Shown here: in pieces, positions 1 to 12,600 of the stretch
Position numbering within the stretch: the stretch's first letter is position 1
Layout of the letters: each line of letters begins with the position of its first letter
Assembly (NCBI RefSeq): GCF_003704095.1
Contig: NW_020847681.1
Coordinates: forward strand, 124,001 to 188,000
Source: Pocillopora damicornis
Taxonomy: Eukaryota
Length of the DNA stretch: 64,000 nt
Direction of reading: 5' to 3'
Translations under genes and position numbers: made by a program
The notes under the pieces: model-generated
What the model was told of the DNA's origin: nothing
Database searches by the model: none
What the model saw: the letters and a program-made list of their open reading frames with translations, nothing else

Positions 1-428
1 CTGAAAAGTCAAAATGGTGTAAAACTTAAACACATATACAATATTAATCAAGAACATATCTGCCATAGAATTAACCCTTGAGAAATATTGAATTTGTATA
101 ACATCAGAGACAACAGAGAAAGCCACAACCTTTGAAGTTTGACTTTTTGTACGAGATTACAATCATTATAGTTACCAATATGTAAACAATCATTCAAGGC
201 AATATCAAAAAAATGATTTTTTACAAGGAATATTTCAACAGCAAATTTGCTAACAAATGTGTTTGGTACAAAAAAGGTAAAAAACATGCACAAGTAAGAT
301 TAAAAAAAGAAATTTAGTATAGGGTGGACCATTGTGTAAAACAAAATCCACTAACCGTCTGATAAAATGGAATTCATGTGTTTTGGTGGTATGCAACTTC
401 TCAAGAGCTCAGGAGTTTTTCTTTTTCC

Positions 429-460
<32 letters not shown>

Positions 461-675
461 CAAGAGATAGTAGGCTATGCATATTTTTTAAAATATGGAG
501 TGTAAAATGATTGAAACCAATACATGGGTGGGTTAAGTTTAGATGAATTTTTAAGTAATTATAAAAATCTTTGGGCTCAATATGCTAGAAGGGTTAACAC
601 AGATTATGCAACTGTGTTGTGTCCTGGGGAACATACCATTTTTGTTATCCTATGGGTATTTTTTTTTTTTAACAG

Positions 676-3600
676 ATATCTCAATTGTGATCCTCGATTT
701 ATTCTACGGATGCTGGAATCATTTTTTAAGTTTGTTCTTTTGGATCCAAATGTCACAGTTAATTGGTTTACTAGGCAGCAACTTTTAACAACCCTCTTGC
801 AGACAGCCAGTGCTTTACTTCAATGTACTGGTATGTCTAAATTTTAGTGATTTGTTAGAGAATTGTAGCAGTCCATTTTGTTCTAGCATATATTCACATC
901 TTTATACATTCAGCATGCATTCATTTATGACATCATCCTGGTGTAAGTTCTACCTCTTTCCTAAGAAGGTACTACGGTAAAAATCCTTGTGTGTGCATAG
1001 CTGTGCATCCATAACATGATGCATGCAGTTTAACTTCAGCTGAAAGTTTCCATCAAGTGTAGCGGCATGTATTATGCAATCCTCTTGAGTTCACTTGATA
1101 GATTGGAACAGGCTCAATTTCTTTTTATGTACTAAGATATCACTAAGATATGTACTTTGTTTTGTTATATTAAGAAACTGATCACAGCCATGAAGAAGTT
1201 ACTGAGAGAAAAGTTCTTGTTGGGGATATTATTGATTTATTGACATCTCTTGTTCCCTGCTATCAGGTCAGTTTAGAATCAATTGGTTATGATAAGGAAC
1301 ATAACCTTTATGAAAATATCTTATACTTTTTTGGCAATTGAGTAATTGGTTGCAGTAGATTCTTTGAGAAAAGTACATTTCTTTTCCGCTCCTCTAAAGG
1401 GGAGAGGTTTATCTCTACTGGTCAGTAGGAAAATATGTGATCTGTCTCATAAAAATTAGTTACAACATACCTGTATCCTAAAGATTTGGACTATCAAAGT
1501 CCAAACAATTAACACTGAGTTTATTTACAAGAACAGTCTTCTTCTTAGTAGTTTCAGTGGCATGTTTTTATGTCAGTCTTATGTACACTCATAATACTGT
1601 AGGTATGAAGTGCTTCCATTTTCCCCTCTTTTTTACCTGAAACTAGTTATTATTTTCATATCAGTAGTAGAAAAAGTTATGTTACTATTAAGTCAGATAG
1701 TCTTGCCATGATAGTTGGATCATTTTGTGTGGTTAGACCATTGACCAGTTGGACCATTCTAAGTGATTAGACCATTTTATCGAGACAGATCATAGTTAGA
1801 CCATTTTAAGCAGTCCAACTGTTTTTGGTGATTGGATCATTTTATCTAATTAGATCATTTTAATTGATTCAATCATTTTATGCTGCTGAACCATTTTCTC
1901 TAGCGAGGCCATTTCTATCAGTTGGATTATTTTCTCTAGTTAGACCATTTACTACTAGTTGGATCATTTTATATAGTTACCCCATGTATTACAAGCTGGA
2001 CCTTTTATCTACAATCAGCATCCAAATTAGTTGACACACACTTAAAAAGGGCAAAAGAGATAAAAGTAAAGTAATAGGGGGTTGAAAAGGTCAATTTGTC
2101 TACAATTTTGTCACCTATTTGTAGTTAGGCCATTTCTGCCAATCAGCCCATTTCCACATTTACTTACAACCTTTTGGACCATTTAATGTCAGTATTTTAA
2201 TTATTTACACTGGTTGGAGTGTTATATGGTTAGTCCATTTTATCTAGTTAGTCCATTTATGTTAGTTGGATCCCTTTGAACCAGTTGGACTACAATGACT
2301 GGTTGGACAATTTCAGGCAGTTGGCCAAATTATCTAGAAAGATCATTTTAAGCAATTGGACTTTCTGAACCAGTTGAACCGTTTTGTTTTGTTAGATTAT
2401 TTCTACCAGTCTGACCAGTTTATAAGTTGGACCATTTAAAGCAGTTGGACCATTTTATCTAGTTGGAGAATTTTAACTGACTGGATCACTGTAACCAGTC
2501 AGACCATTTTATCTAGTTACCCTACTTTAACTATTGGATCGTTGTTCTGTTTCAGTCAAACCTTGATAATCTGGACTTGTTGGGACTAGACAAAATAGTC
2601 AGAATAATTGAGGGACCGGATAATCGAGAATATGAATATTGATGAGGAACAAAAACTGATTAAATTAAGAAAGCCACATTTAATTGTGAAACAAAACATT
2701 TACAAATCGTTTTGAAAAAGTATGGTCTACATCTTCACAGTCTCTTGTGGATACCTCTACACATGTGTATTAACAATTAAAATCACTGAAAAGTGTTTTT
2801 ACATTGGCCTAAAATGTTGAAGTAGGTCAGTTTGTCTTAAAGAAGAACATCGCATGCGCATAGAGAGTTCCATCATTCTTCAAAGCTGCATAATCTGAAT
2901 AGCGTCAACATTGTTCTGTCTTTCCATCCATAATAAACACTTTTTAACACATGATGCATATGAGTGCTTCCTATTGCTTTTTGAAAGCAAAACAAACTTG
3001 CCTTTACTTTTCAATGCTGTAGTTTTGAAAAGAATATGGTTATGGATTTTGATCATGACTAATAAATATTCATGACAAAATTGGGACCAAAGAAGAAGGT
3101 CACAAAATCATCAAACTGAAAATTAAAATGAACCAAGACAGTTAAGAGTACTATGAAAAGCATTTCATCCATTTTTTATCCTTCATATACATGCATTTCA
3201 GATATTTTGTGACCTCTTTCTTAAAGTACTATATCCTGATCACTTGTTCTCATTATGTGGAATGTCTGTGGCAGACCACATGAAAAATGTGCTTGAGAGC
3301 CCTCATAGTCAAATATGGAATTAGCCATATGCTTGTTAGCCTCATGTTAGTGCTTATCACTAAACCTCTGTTGGCTGGGTTACCACCTGGTTGGGTGATC
3401 ACACATAATATTCTGTTTTGTTGACTCTTTTAGTCATGGTTATTTTTTTTCCTGTACTTTGAATACCGGTATAGCATTAAATTTATTATTTTCCACATAA
3501 AATCAGAGTGACTGTAGATAACCACTATTGCATTCCACATTAACACCTCCAGGTGTCTTGTTACTCTGACAATTATTGACCTTTCCAATAAACCTGGGAA

Positions 3601-6600
3601 GAAAATAGAGAAGTCGAAATTTGTTTTTCAAGGATCTAATTGTAGGGATTATTTTAACCCTTTAAAATCAAAACTTAGCTTGGTTAAAGGATCCTATTCC
3701 AGATGCTTTTAATATCCCTAGCTATTTATCAGTGTAAATATGCAGGATGTAACTCCCATGACATTAATGAGACAACTTGCCATTTTTGTAGTACGGTACT
3801 GGAACATTTATTGACTGCCAAAAATTATCATGCTTATTTGCACTTGTTTGTCCCTTGTTCTCTAGATTGATGACAAATCTCTCAGTCATACAACTTTTCT
3901 TGTGCACAGTCTGACAAACTGGTTACTTGAACATAGAAATTCTTTCCCTGGTGGTAAGTTTTAAAGAACAAAAGGAAAAAGAGGATTTTTTTGGAAACTT
4001 TTAAATGATAGAGAATGATGTTTTTTCTGACTTGTTACGAGTGTGGGACAAAGAAAATATTCTGAGTCCCCATGAGGAATCAAACCTCAGACCTGTGGAT
4101 TCTATGCTCCAATGCTCTACCACCAAGCCACAGAGACTCCATGGTGAGCAAGGTCTGTTACAAAGTTCATGTGACACATGTCCTACAAACTGCTAGGATC
4201 AGCAATGTCGATAGCATAATGTTTGTAGATAGAAATAAGAGAGATGGTAGATTTTGAGCTTGGTAAAGAAATAGAGAATGATGTTTTTTTTGTCTTGTCA
4301 CGAGTGTGGGACAAAGAAAATATTATTGTATTCATGTAATATTATTATATTATATATTAATATTATTATATTTATATAATGTACTTTATAATATACTTTA
4401 TTATATTTTGATTGTGATTATTTTTTTTAAATAATTACCTTTGTTCTGCATGGTATATTTAGGTACTAGCCATTTGGAGCTGATGGTGAATCATTTGTTT
4501 TCTTTGTGTTGCGAGAGTCTGTCTTTTGGCTCTGACATGACATCATCCATCCTCTTATTGCAAACAATTCAACATCATTGTCCACAGGTACTGCTTTGGT
4601 AACTTATTTAGTAAAGTAAGGGCTCAAAACTCAGAACAATTGCTAAAGGCCAAATGAATGGCAAGAGTGGAGAGTCAAGTAGTTTTACTATTTTAAGTTC
4701 TGAACTGTGTGATATTATTAAAAAATGAGTTTTCCAGGTTAAATGGTAAACTTTTATGGTTTTGAGCTCACTTGTTAGTCATTCAAATAGAAATGTAAGC
4801 TTTTAATGTACATGTATTTGTTTTAGTTCAATTTTTTTTATCAAAATTTCATTTGGATGAAGAATTAACATTATATAGGAATTTTCAAAACCCAGGAAAA
4901 TGTATTGATTCTTGTTATGTGACTTAAGTGAGTTTCAAATTGATGAAAATTGACACAGTAGTTACAGTTAATTAATTCTGAATAATATAATTGATTTTTC
5001 TTATTAAAGGCCTTCTTGCAATTATACATCTTACCAACCTTGAGCAAGCTTCTTCTGGATTCACTGGGAGACTGTTACATTCATATTCTTCAGCTCTGTA
5101 AGTGTCAATCCTTCTGGTTTTTTAAGATGTCTTGATGAAGCAAGGGTAAGAGAGGTCTAGTTCTTAACTGAAGCACTCTGCACTTAGGGTCTTGATCTTG
5201 ATCTTGATAAGACCATTCTTGAATATGGCATTAAAAATTTTCATCTTTCTTCATGTAGGTTTGTCAACAGTGCAAACTCAATTAAAACATTTCAAGCCTG
5301 ACTGCCTGTTTCTCCCCGTCAGTCATTTATTTCTTGTGCAACCAATACTTCAAATTATAACATCACCTCCCAGGCAGACATTCAGCATAAGGATGCAGGG
5401 TGGCACTGTGCATTCTTTACACTGTAAAGCTCTCAAGATCTTAGGATTTGTGGAAAACAATGTTATTCCCCTAATTGAGGAAAACCAAACTAAGGTGAGA
5501 AGTGCATACATGTATGTGATGATTGCCTCTGGCTGCGGTGGGAACAGTTAGAGTACACTGGTTGATTGATTTGAATTACTGGTAATTATCCTATGAAAAC
5601 ATTTATAAGCAGCTGAATCAAACAGTGATTGAAACATAGTTGCATACAAGAATAATTCTGTGCCTTTTTCACACAATAAAACTTGTGGAACCTCTTGGAA
5701 AATTTAGTTGCAATAAGTAGATATACTTGATAACATGCACAATTAAAACTTGAACAAGATGACACAATGAAAGAAAAGTACATATCATACAATGAAACAT
5801 CAATCAGCTTGCAGCAATCTCAAGAAAGAATAATATGCTTAACTTTTCAAAAATATGGGAAGCACATAAGTTAGTAGGTTTTGTCTTTTTTTCAGACTAT
5901 TGGGAATACTCATCAGCACTATGCTTCAGCTCTGAGTTTGTGTATCAGACAGATGACAGCCTGTGCTGAAGAAATGATCATCTTAATTAGGTAATAGTGC
6001 TATGCTAGCTGTGAAATATTTTTGTGGATTAGTCCTGTTTTCAGGAGAAAGAAGACTTTATGGTCAGATAATTTATGTATGACTGTTTTCACTTTCTCAG
6101 AAACACCAAATCTACAAAGCACTGGCTGAGCAATTTACAGAAGTCAATAGCTTCACACCGTCGCCTGCTAAGTCATGTTCCTTTGATGTTGTCTGCATTG
6201 TTGGTGACTTCACAAGGATCTCTTGCTATGGAAGTCTTAGAAGTTATCCCAATTTTAGCAAAGGCAGATCCATCACAGGTCTGAAAAATAAAGTCTGTGT
6301 CTGCACTGTACACCAACAATAAAATGGACAAAGAAAGATGTTAGATAGAAAAATACTCGGACTACCTTGTAACTTATTTATTTAATCAGAACTAGACTTA
6401 CCGTTGGTTGTTTTACCCTTAAGTACTAATGACAGTATTCCAGATACTCCTGTATCAAGAACAAACGTAAGCTACTTGCTTTGGTCTGACAGAGCTTACT
6501 AATCTCATGTATGGAACAAATCATGTGGCTTTACTATGCGTTTAACTTTTAGCAGGCACCTGCTTTTTCATCGTTTTTCGGTCTTAAACCAGTAGCGATC

Positions 6601-9600
6601 TTCTCTATTCTAGAATTAGCCGCACAAGTAACCGTTGATTTTCTTCGATATTATGAACTGCAAATGAGCCCCAAATGGAGCATAGCCTTCTCCCTTTAGA
6701 ATCGGCTTACTTTGAAAGTGGTTACAGATTTAGAATTGTGTTCATTCGACCCTTTTTTTAGGCTCGGTATTCACCGGTTTATGTGATGTGTCTTATTTTG
6801 CAGGCTGTTACTTTTCTGCCATTAATACTCTATAAACTTAGTAAAGAAGTTGATCCTGAAGTGAAACAGTATGCTCTGTACACTATACCACAACTTGCCA
6901 CTCACAAGGTACTCCGGTTTCTTCAGTAACATGTAGCCGCTAACCAGTTTGTAGGGTGGTCTGATGTCGAGGGGTGTGGAGGTTTTTTTATAAACACATT
7001 ATTATTTTTAGTTTAGCGTGAAAAATTGTGAAAAATGTAGTTTTATCATGTGACTACTTCTGTAGAAATTTCCTCACCCGTGCATAAATTATGTTCATTT
7101 TCCTTTTTGGCAGTTTTGTATAGGTCCTGTGTTACGCACGATTCAGACAATAGGAAAGTGTCCTCTTCTTAAGCCTGTTTCTCTGAGACTGATTTGCAAG
7201 TTGTGGCAGTCAAATAACCGAGTGTTTCCGCACCTTCAGAAAGCACTGAGTTCAGTAGTTGACTCCAATTTGGGAGCTGAATTGGATTTGGAGATTAAGA
7301 TTGCTCAAGCAGCTTGTTTATTAGACATCTGCAAGCTTAGGTAACGATCGTACGAAATAAAGTACATGTGAGGTACGCAGAACGCATTTGTAGCGAAGAT
7401 TTACCACAGGGAATTTTGTTTAGTTCATCAGTTGCTTTTGCTACTACTACTTTTATGCTTTTTTATATGCTGCGATCATGCATGGACATTTCACAAAGAG
7501 AATCCCTGGCAAAAAAAAAAAAAAAAAAAGGAGTGAGCATGTTGATCATATGAATTTCTCGAAGTTTTGAAAGTAGGCGATAAAGATCCACGTTCTGAGG
7601 AAATAGAAAGCTTATCAAAAATAGCCACAACATATTTTTTTCTTCATAATATGCCCTTTGAATTAAAACAGAGCTGAGAAAAGTGTTTGGCTGCTTTCTT
7701 TCTTTCTTTTTTTTTATTCAAACCCGACATAATTGCGGTCATGCCAACGGGGAAAAGAGTGAAGCAAGCTTATTTTCAAAACATTTTGGAGTGCTCTGCT
7801 TCAATTTGGTAGAAATTAAAGGTGATTAGACGTCTTGCTTCCTTCGCTTGTGAGATGTAAGACATATCAGCTGAAGCATATAACGTAGTTCTGGGTTAAA
7901 CAATTCTTATATATTGGAGGCCATAAACGCGATCAGGGTTGCCAAAAATGCATTGTTTTTAATAAAAGTTTGAAATAATATTTGATTAATCCTGATTTGG
8001 AAGCATCTCCGTCGTTAGTTCATTAAAATAAATACTCAAATAAATAAATAAATAAATAAGAACTAACAACAAATGAGACGCATTTATACTTTAGGGGATA
8101 GAAGTTGCAAATGAATAATCATGTTTTATGACTAATTTTGCCTGATATATGTTGGTGGTCCTCTTCAGGCCCTCTCAGCACGGTGAAGATCTACTTGGTT
8201 TGCTGTCCAAATTGCTTGATGAGAATACAAAGCCAGGCGAGACTAAAAACACTCCCTCTGCATTAGTGGTATCATTAGCACTGCAAGCCCTGGAACAGCT
8301 TTGTAAAGCTGAGGTATGTCACACGAATTAAATTTTGCATCTGCCCTTGACTGCCTTTAACGTCAACTGAGTATTTATTGAAAACAAACAAACAAAACAA
8401 AAAAAACAAAACAAACAAAAAACTAACAAAAGTACAAGTACATGATATCATCTTCAACTTCAGGCTTCCGTAGATGGACACTTTTTCTAGATGTGATTCA
8501 GATCTGTGTCACATTTTTGTTCTTCCTCAGGTTGTCGATCTATGCACTGCGTGGAAAGTCCTTTCCGTGAAGCTTGGCATGGACAGACGGCCCCAAGTTC
8601 TGTGCAGTATTTGTCAGTTGTTCAGAATTGTATCCGACCTGGTCTCTAACTCTTCAGCTTATCTGGTACGAGTGGTTTGCTTGAGGTTTTAAACGTTGCT
8701 CTAATTTTTTTAGCTGTTTCAAGGGAATTGAAAATCATGGATATCTTTGCAAACGAATTTTTAGAATTAACTCCGACTTGACATTTTCTTTCCTTTTTCA
8801 GGATTTTAAGAATGAAGTACTTACCTTTCTATGGTCGTTAACGCAGCATGAGGTTCGTATGACCGCTGTAACGGTGATATGTTCTTCTAACAAATGCACG
8901 AGACGTTGTTCTGCTCAAGGTGAAGTGATATTTGATGATAACTGAACGTAGGGAAGAGCAATGTTAATTGGTAATCACATGATTTCGAGTGCAATTTGGA
9001 ATAAATCAGCACGAGTAAATTTTTCAAAGGCTAAACCAATTGCACGAACCCGTAGGGTTCGCACGAGGAAAATCATGTGATTACTAGTTGATAATATACA
9101 AGCAAAATCATGACTGTTTTCCTTTTAGATGTCCTTATTTCGTGTAATGGCTCACCAGTTCGGCCATTTGCCTTTGTCTCGTTACAGGAGTAGTCAGGCT
9201 TTTTCTCTTTGCTTCAAACTTTTAAAATTTATCTGGAGAATAATCAAGCGTTTATATTCTTCTTTCTCTGTTAGGTATCGGTCGATAGTAATAACCATCT
9301 CGTGAAAGCTATCACATTTGTAATCTTCCACGTCTTTCGTACGAACTGTTGCATAAAACTCCTCGAGAATTTTACTGAGGGCCTCCGTTTCATACTTCAA
9401 TCCGGTTTTGGAAGCTAGACTTTTAGCCAGTTGTTTTTCCTTTGTTGGATGTTTTTTTTTCTCTAAGCATTCTCCCTCAAACTCTGGATTAAAACGTTGC
9501 TACTTTCTCCTAACCTGTCCGCCATTTTGTTTTGTTGGGCTTTCGCGACTTACCAGTCAATCAATTTAATGTCAACTCTCTGCACTCAACTTCAATTTTC

Positions 9601-12600
9601 TGCACTACTTGGTATTAATTGACGTGTTTTCAGCCAAGGAGTACGCTAAAATTTTGCATGTGTATTATTACGTGTGAAATTGTATGTATAATAAAAGCTA
9701 AGTTTTTCGTTTGTCTCACTATGTAGTCACGTGTGATGTAGATTGCGACGTTTCGACTGCATACTGCTAGTCTTCTTCAGGCGATGAGGTCGACGTCGAC
9801 GTCGATTTCACTAGGTCTTCTGTTTTTAGAAATCCAAAGAAGTGACTCAGACAGAGAATGTAGAAATCTTTTTTAGAAACTCCTGAAACCGAAAATATTA
9901 AAAATAGTTGTAAACTGTAACCGTTATCGACGTCAGAGGGTCCAATGAAAACAACAAAAAAATTGTCAGGGACACGAAGAATAAGTTCTCAGTTGGTAAA
10001 GCCGCTGAACAAAGCCATTGACTGCCAGGAATCAACGTTCATTTATTGATGCTTACTGTGTGGTTTGGTCTCTTACCATCAGGAGTCGCCTGTCGCTCAT
10101 GCTGCTTTCACGACTTTGTCAATATTTCATCCATCTGATTTCAAGCTGATTCATCTTCCTCCAAAGGTATTGTAGTGTTTGTATGAAGCCGTCGGTTAAA
10201 ACGCTCTATATAGTTATTTCTGGTTTAGTTCATCGTTAGTTCGCATCAGAGTCCAATCATCTCTGTAGAGTATTCGGTATCAACTTGATATGTGGACCTC
10301 ATAGCATCTAAACCACAAATCAGATGTTTTATGTTAAATGTATGCCATACGTAGATCTACCTTCCACTGAAAGAAGAATTGCTGGCGTCTAAGAAAAAAC
10401 TTGATGGCAACGTGGATGAAGAGTATGATGAAGCCGCTGTACACCAATCCATTGATAACTCAATGCCCCCTGGGACTGCTTATGTTGAGCTTCTGCAGAT
10501 GGTCAAACAAGATGAACTCCAAGGTACAAAATCTTACTCTTCATTCTATTCGTGAAAATCAGTCTTTTTACAAATAAAACTCAACGGGATTGATCCAACA
10601 GTACCATTCTTTGCATCCAGTCAGTCACCGATTCCACCCTAAGAGCGTAGCAAACTCCTTAATACAACAGACAATGATTTTAAATAACTCTTTTGAATCA
10701 AGATATGTTATTGATGTCGCTAAATCCGCCATACTGTGTGATCCCAATGCCATGTTGTATCACAGTAAACAAAGTGGAACCTACTGGTGGTATCAGCTCT
10801 AACACTTGAACCAGTTCAGCGTGTTAAAATGCTGAAAAAAAAAACAACAACGAAAGCAGAAAAAAATTACTAGTTCTTGATACAACGAATTTCAGGCTAC
10901 CAGAAGCTATTGACCAACATGATCAAAGTGGAAGCTGAATCTATGCCACGGGGTTTGGGTCACACTTCATCATCACATGAGAGGAATTTGCGATCCATCC
11001 CAAAATTTTTGACGTCACAATATGAGAAGTCGAAATCACCTGGATTGAACCAAGGACTTGCAGGTACCAAGAATACAACAGATATTGATTTATAATTGTA
11101 TAACTTGTTACCATATTTTTAAGCTCCCTGATGTATATCAAGAGAAACAGCGGGGACAGATATGGACAGTCCGGGCCTTGGCTTGGATATATTGATTCCA
11201 CAAAATGTATTTTTAGTTAAACTGAGGTTGTTTTTCTCTAGTTGTCGGCAATGCGAATTTTTCTATTTCCCCTTCCTCATCTATCGATAGTGTTATTTTC
11301 CACGTTCTCCTCCGTCATAATCTGTTCACCTACATCATCAGACTCAGATTACAGTTAGCTGTAATGCGGTTTCAAAAAGAGACTTGCGTACGATAGACTT
11401 CTTGTTTATAAGTTAAATGGAAATTGTATCATCCCAAAGTGTGGATCAGATGGTAACTTCCCTCTCTGTCCCTCACTTTCTCCTTTGCTACGTTGCCAAG
11501 TCTATTTACGTAATATCTTTTAGTACATATATCAGCCATGGAAGTTTCTTTCTACTTTCAAAGTTTGTGAGTGGCGCCTGTTTTATGTTTCTCTATGTGA
11601 ACTACTCTTTTGTATTGAATCAGCTGGAATGCTGTTTAGTTTCGAACCTCCTTTTGAACAACACGAAGGGAAACGGGCCAGAAAATATATGGTTGATTGT
11701 GCTCGTACATACAGACAGATGTTAGATTCACTACTTCACGAAGTAAGTCATGCAAACAACCTAATCACTTAAAGTACTTCTGTGTTGTTTATAATTAGTA
11801 TTTTTACTTGATTGTCAGCAAGTTTCTTTTCCTTTTTTCAGGCTAAGTTTTTATTCATTTTAGAATAATCAGACATAGTCATGAGTATCGGTGGTCACTC
11901 ACAACAAGAATTCATCGACTCATTTGATGCACCGCAGCCCGTGTGACCCAAAATCACTGATTTTTACGCGAATAGTTCCAAAGGAACTCACTCCAATATC
12001 TGTAGACGTTTCCGTTAGAAAATTGTCTCGTGACAAAGTTAGTAATGCAGCCGTGATCTCAATGATGCCAAAAACGTTTTTTTATTTTTTCAACACCACT
12101 TCATTTATTAGTAAACCATTTGCTGATATCCACGAGAATCAAACGGAACAGCTTAAAGGAACAGATTATGTCGAGGATTATATAAACGAGCACTTTTCGT
12201 GCAGTTGATAGCTGTTATGTTTTTTATGCATCACTGTGTTGCATCACGCATGACCAAACTTAAAGCAACAGCGTGTTATCGAAAACTTTTAGTGTGGAGG
12301 ACTTTCCCTTTTGATTTTACTGGGCAAATTTTAGCAAGCAAGTTCCTTTTTTCTTTGATAACGGTAGAACGCTATTTGAAAATTGGGGAAACATCACTTT
12401 GGGAATGTCAATGGAAATGCCTTAGTTTTATTTGAAGCAGGTTGGGTCATTTATTACCGTACGAGTGAAAGGGTTTATATTCAATCAATTCGATTCGAAC
12501 TTATGTGATTAGTCAAACGCATGACATGATTGGGTATGTCGCAGCTAAAAGTGGAGAGTTTTCAAGTGATATTCCCCACAAATTTAAATCTTATTTCCAA

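Noticed and set aside
4063-4131. Possible tRNA gene
   Set aside because: The A/B boxes and stems are degenerate and it is embedded in a repeat unit, so it is treated as SINE-like.
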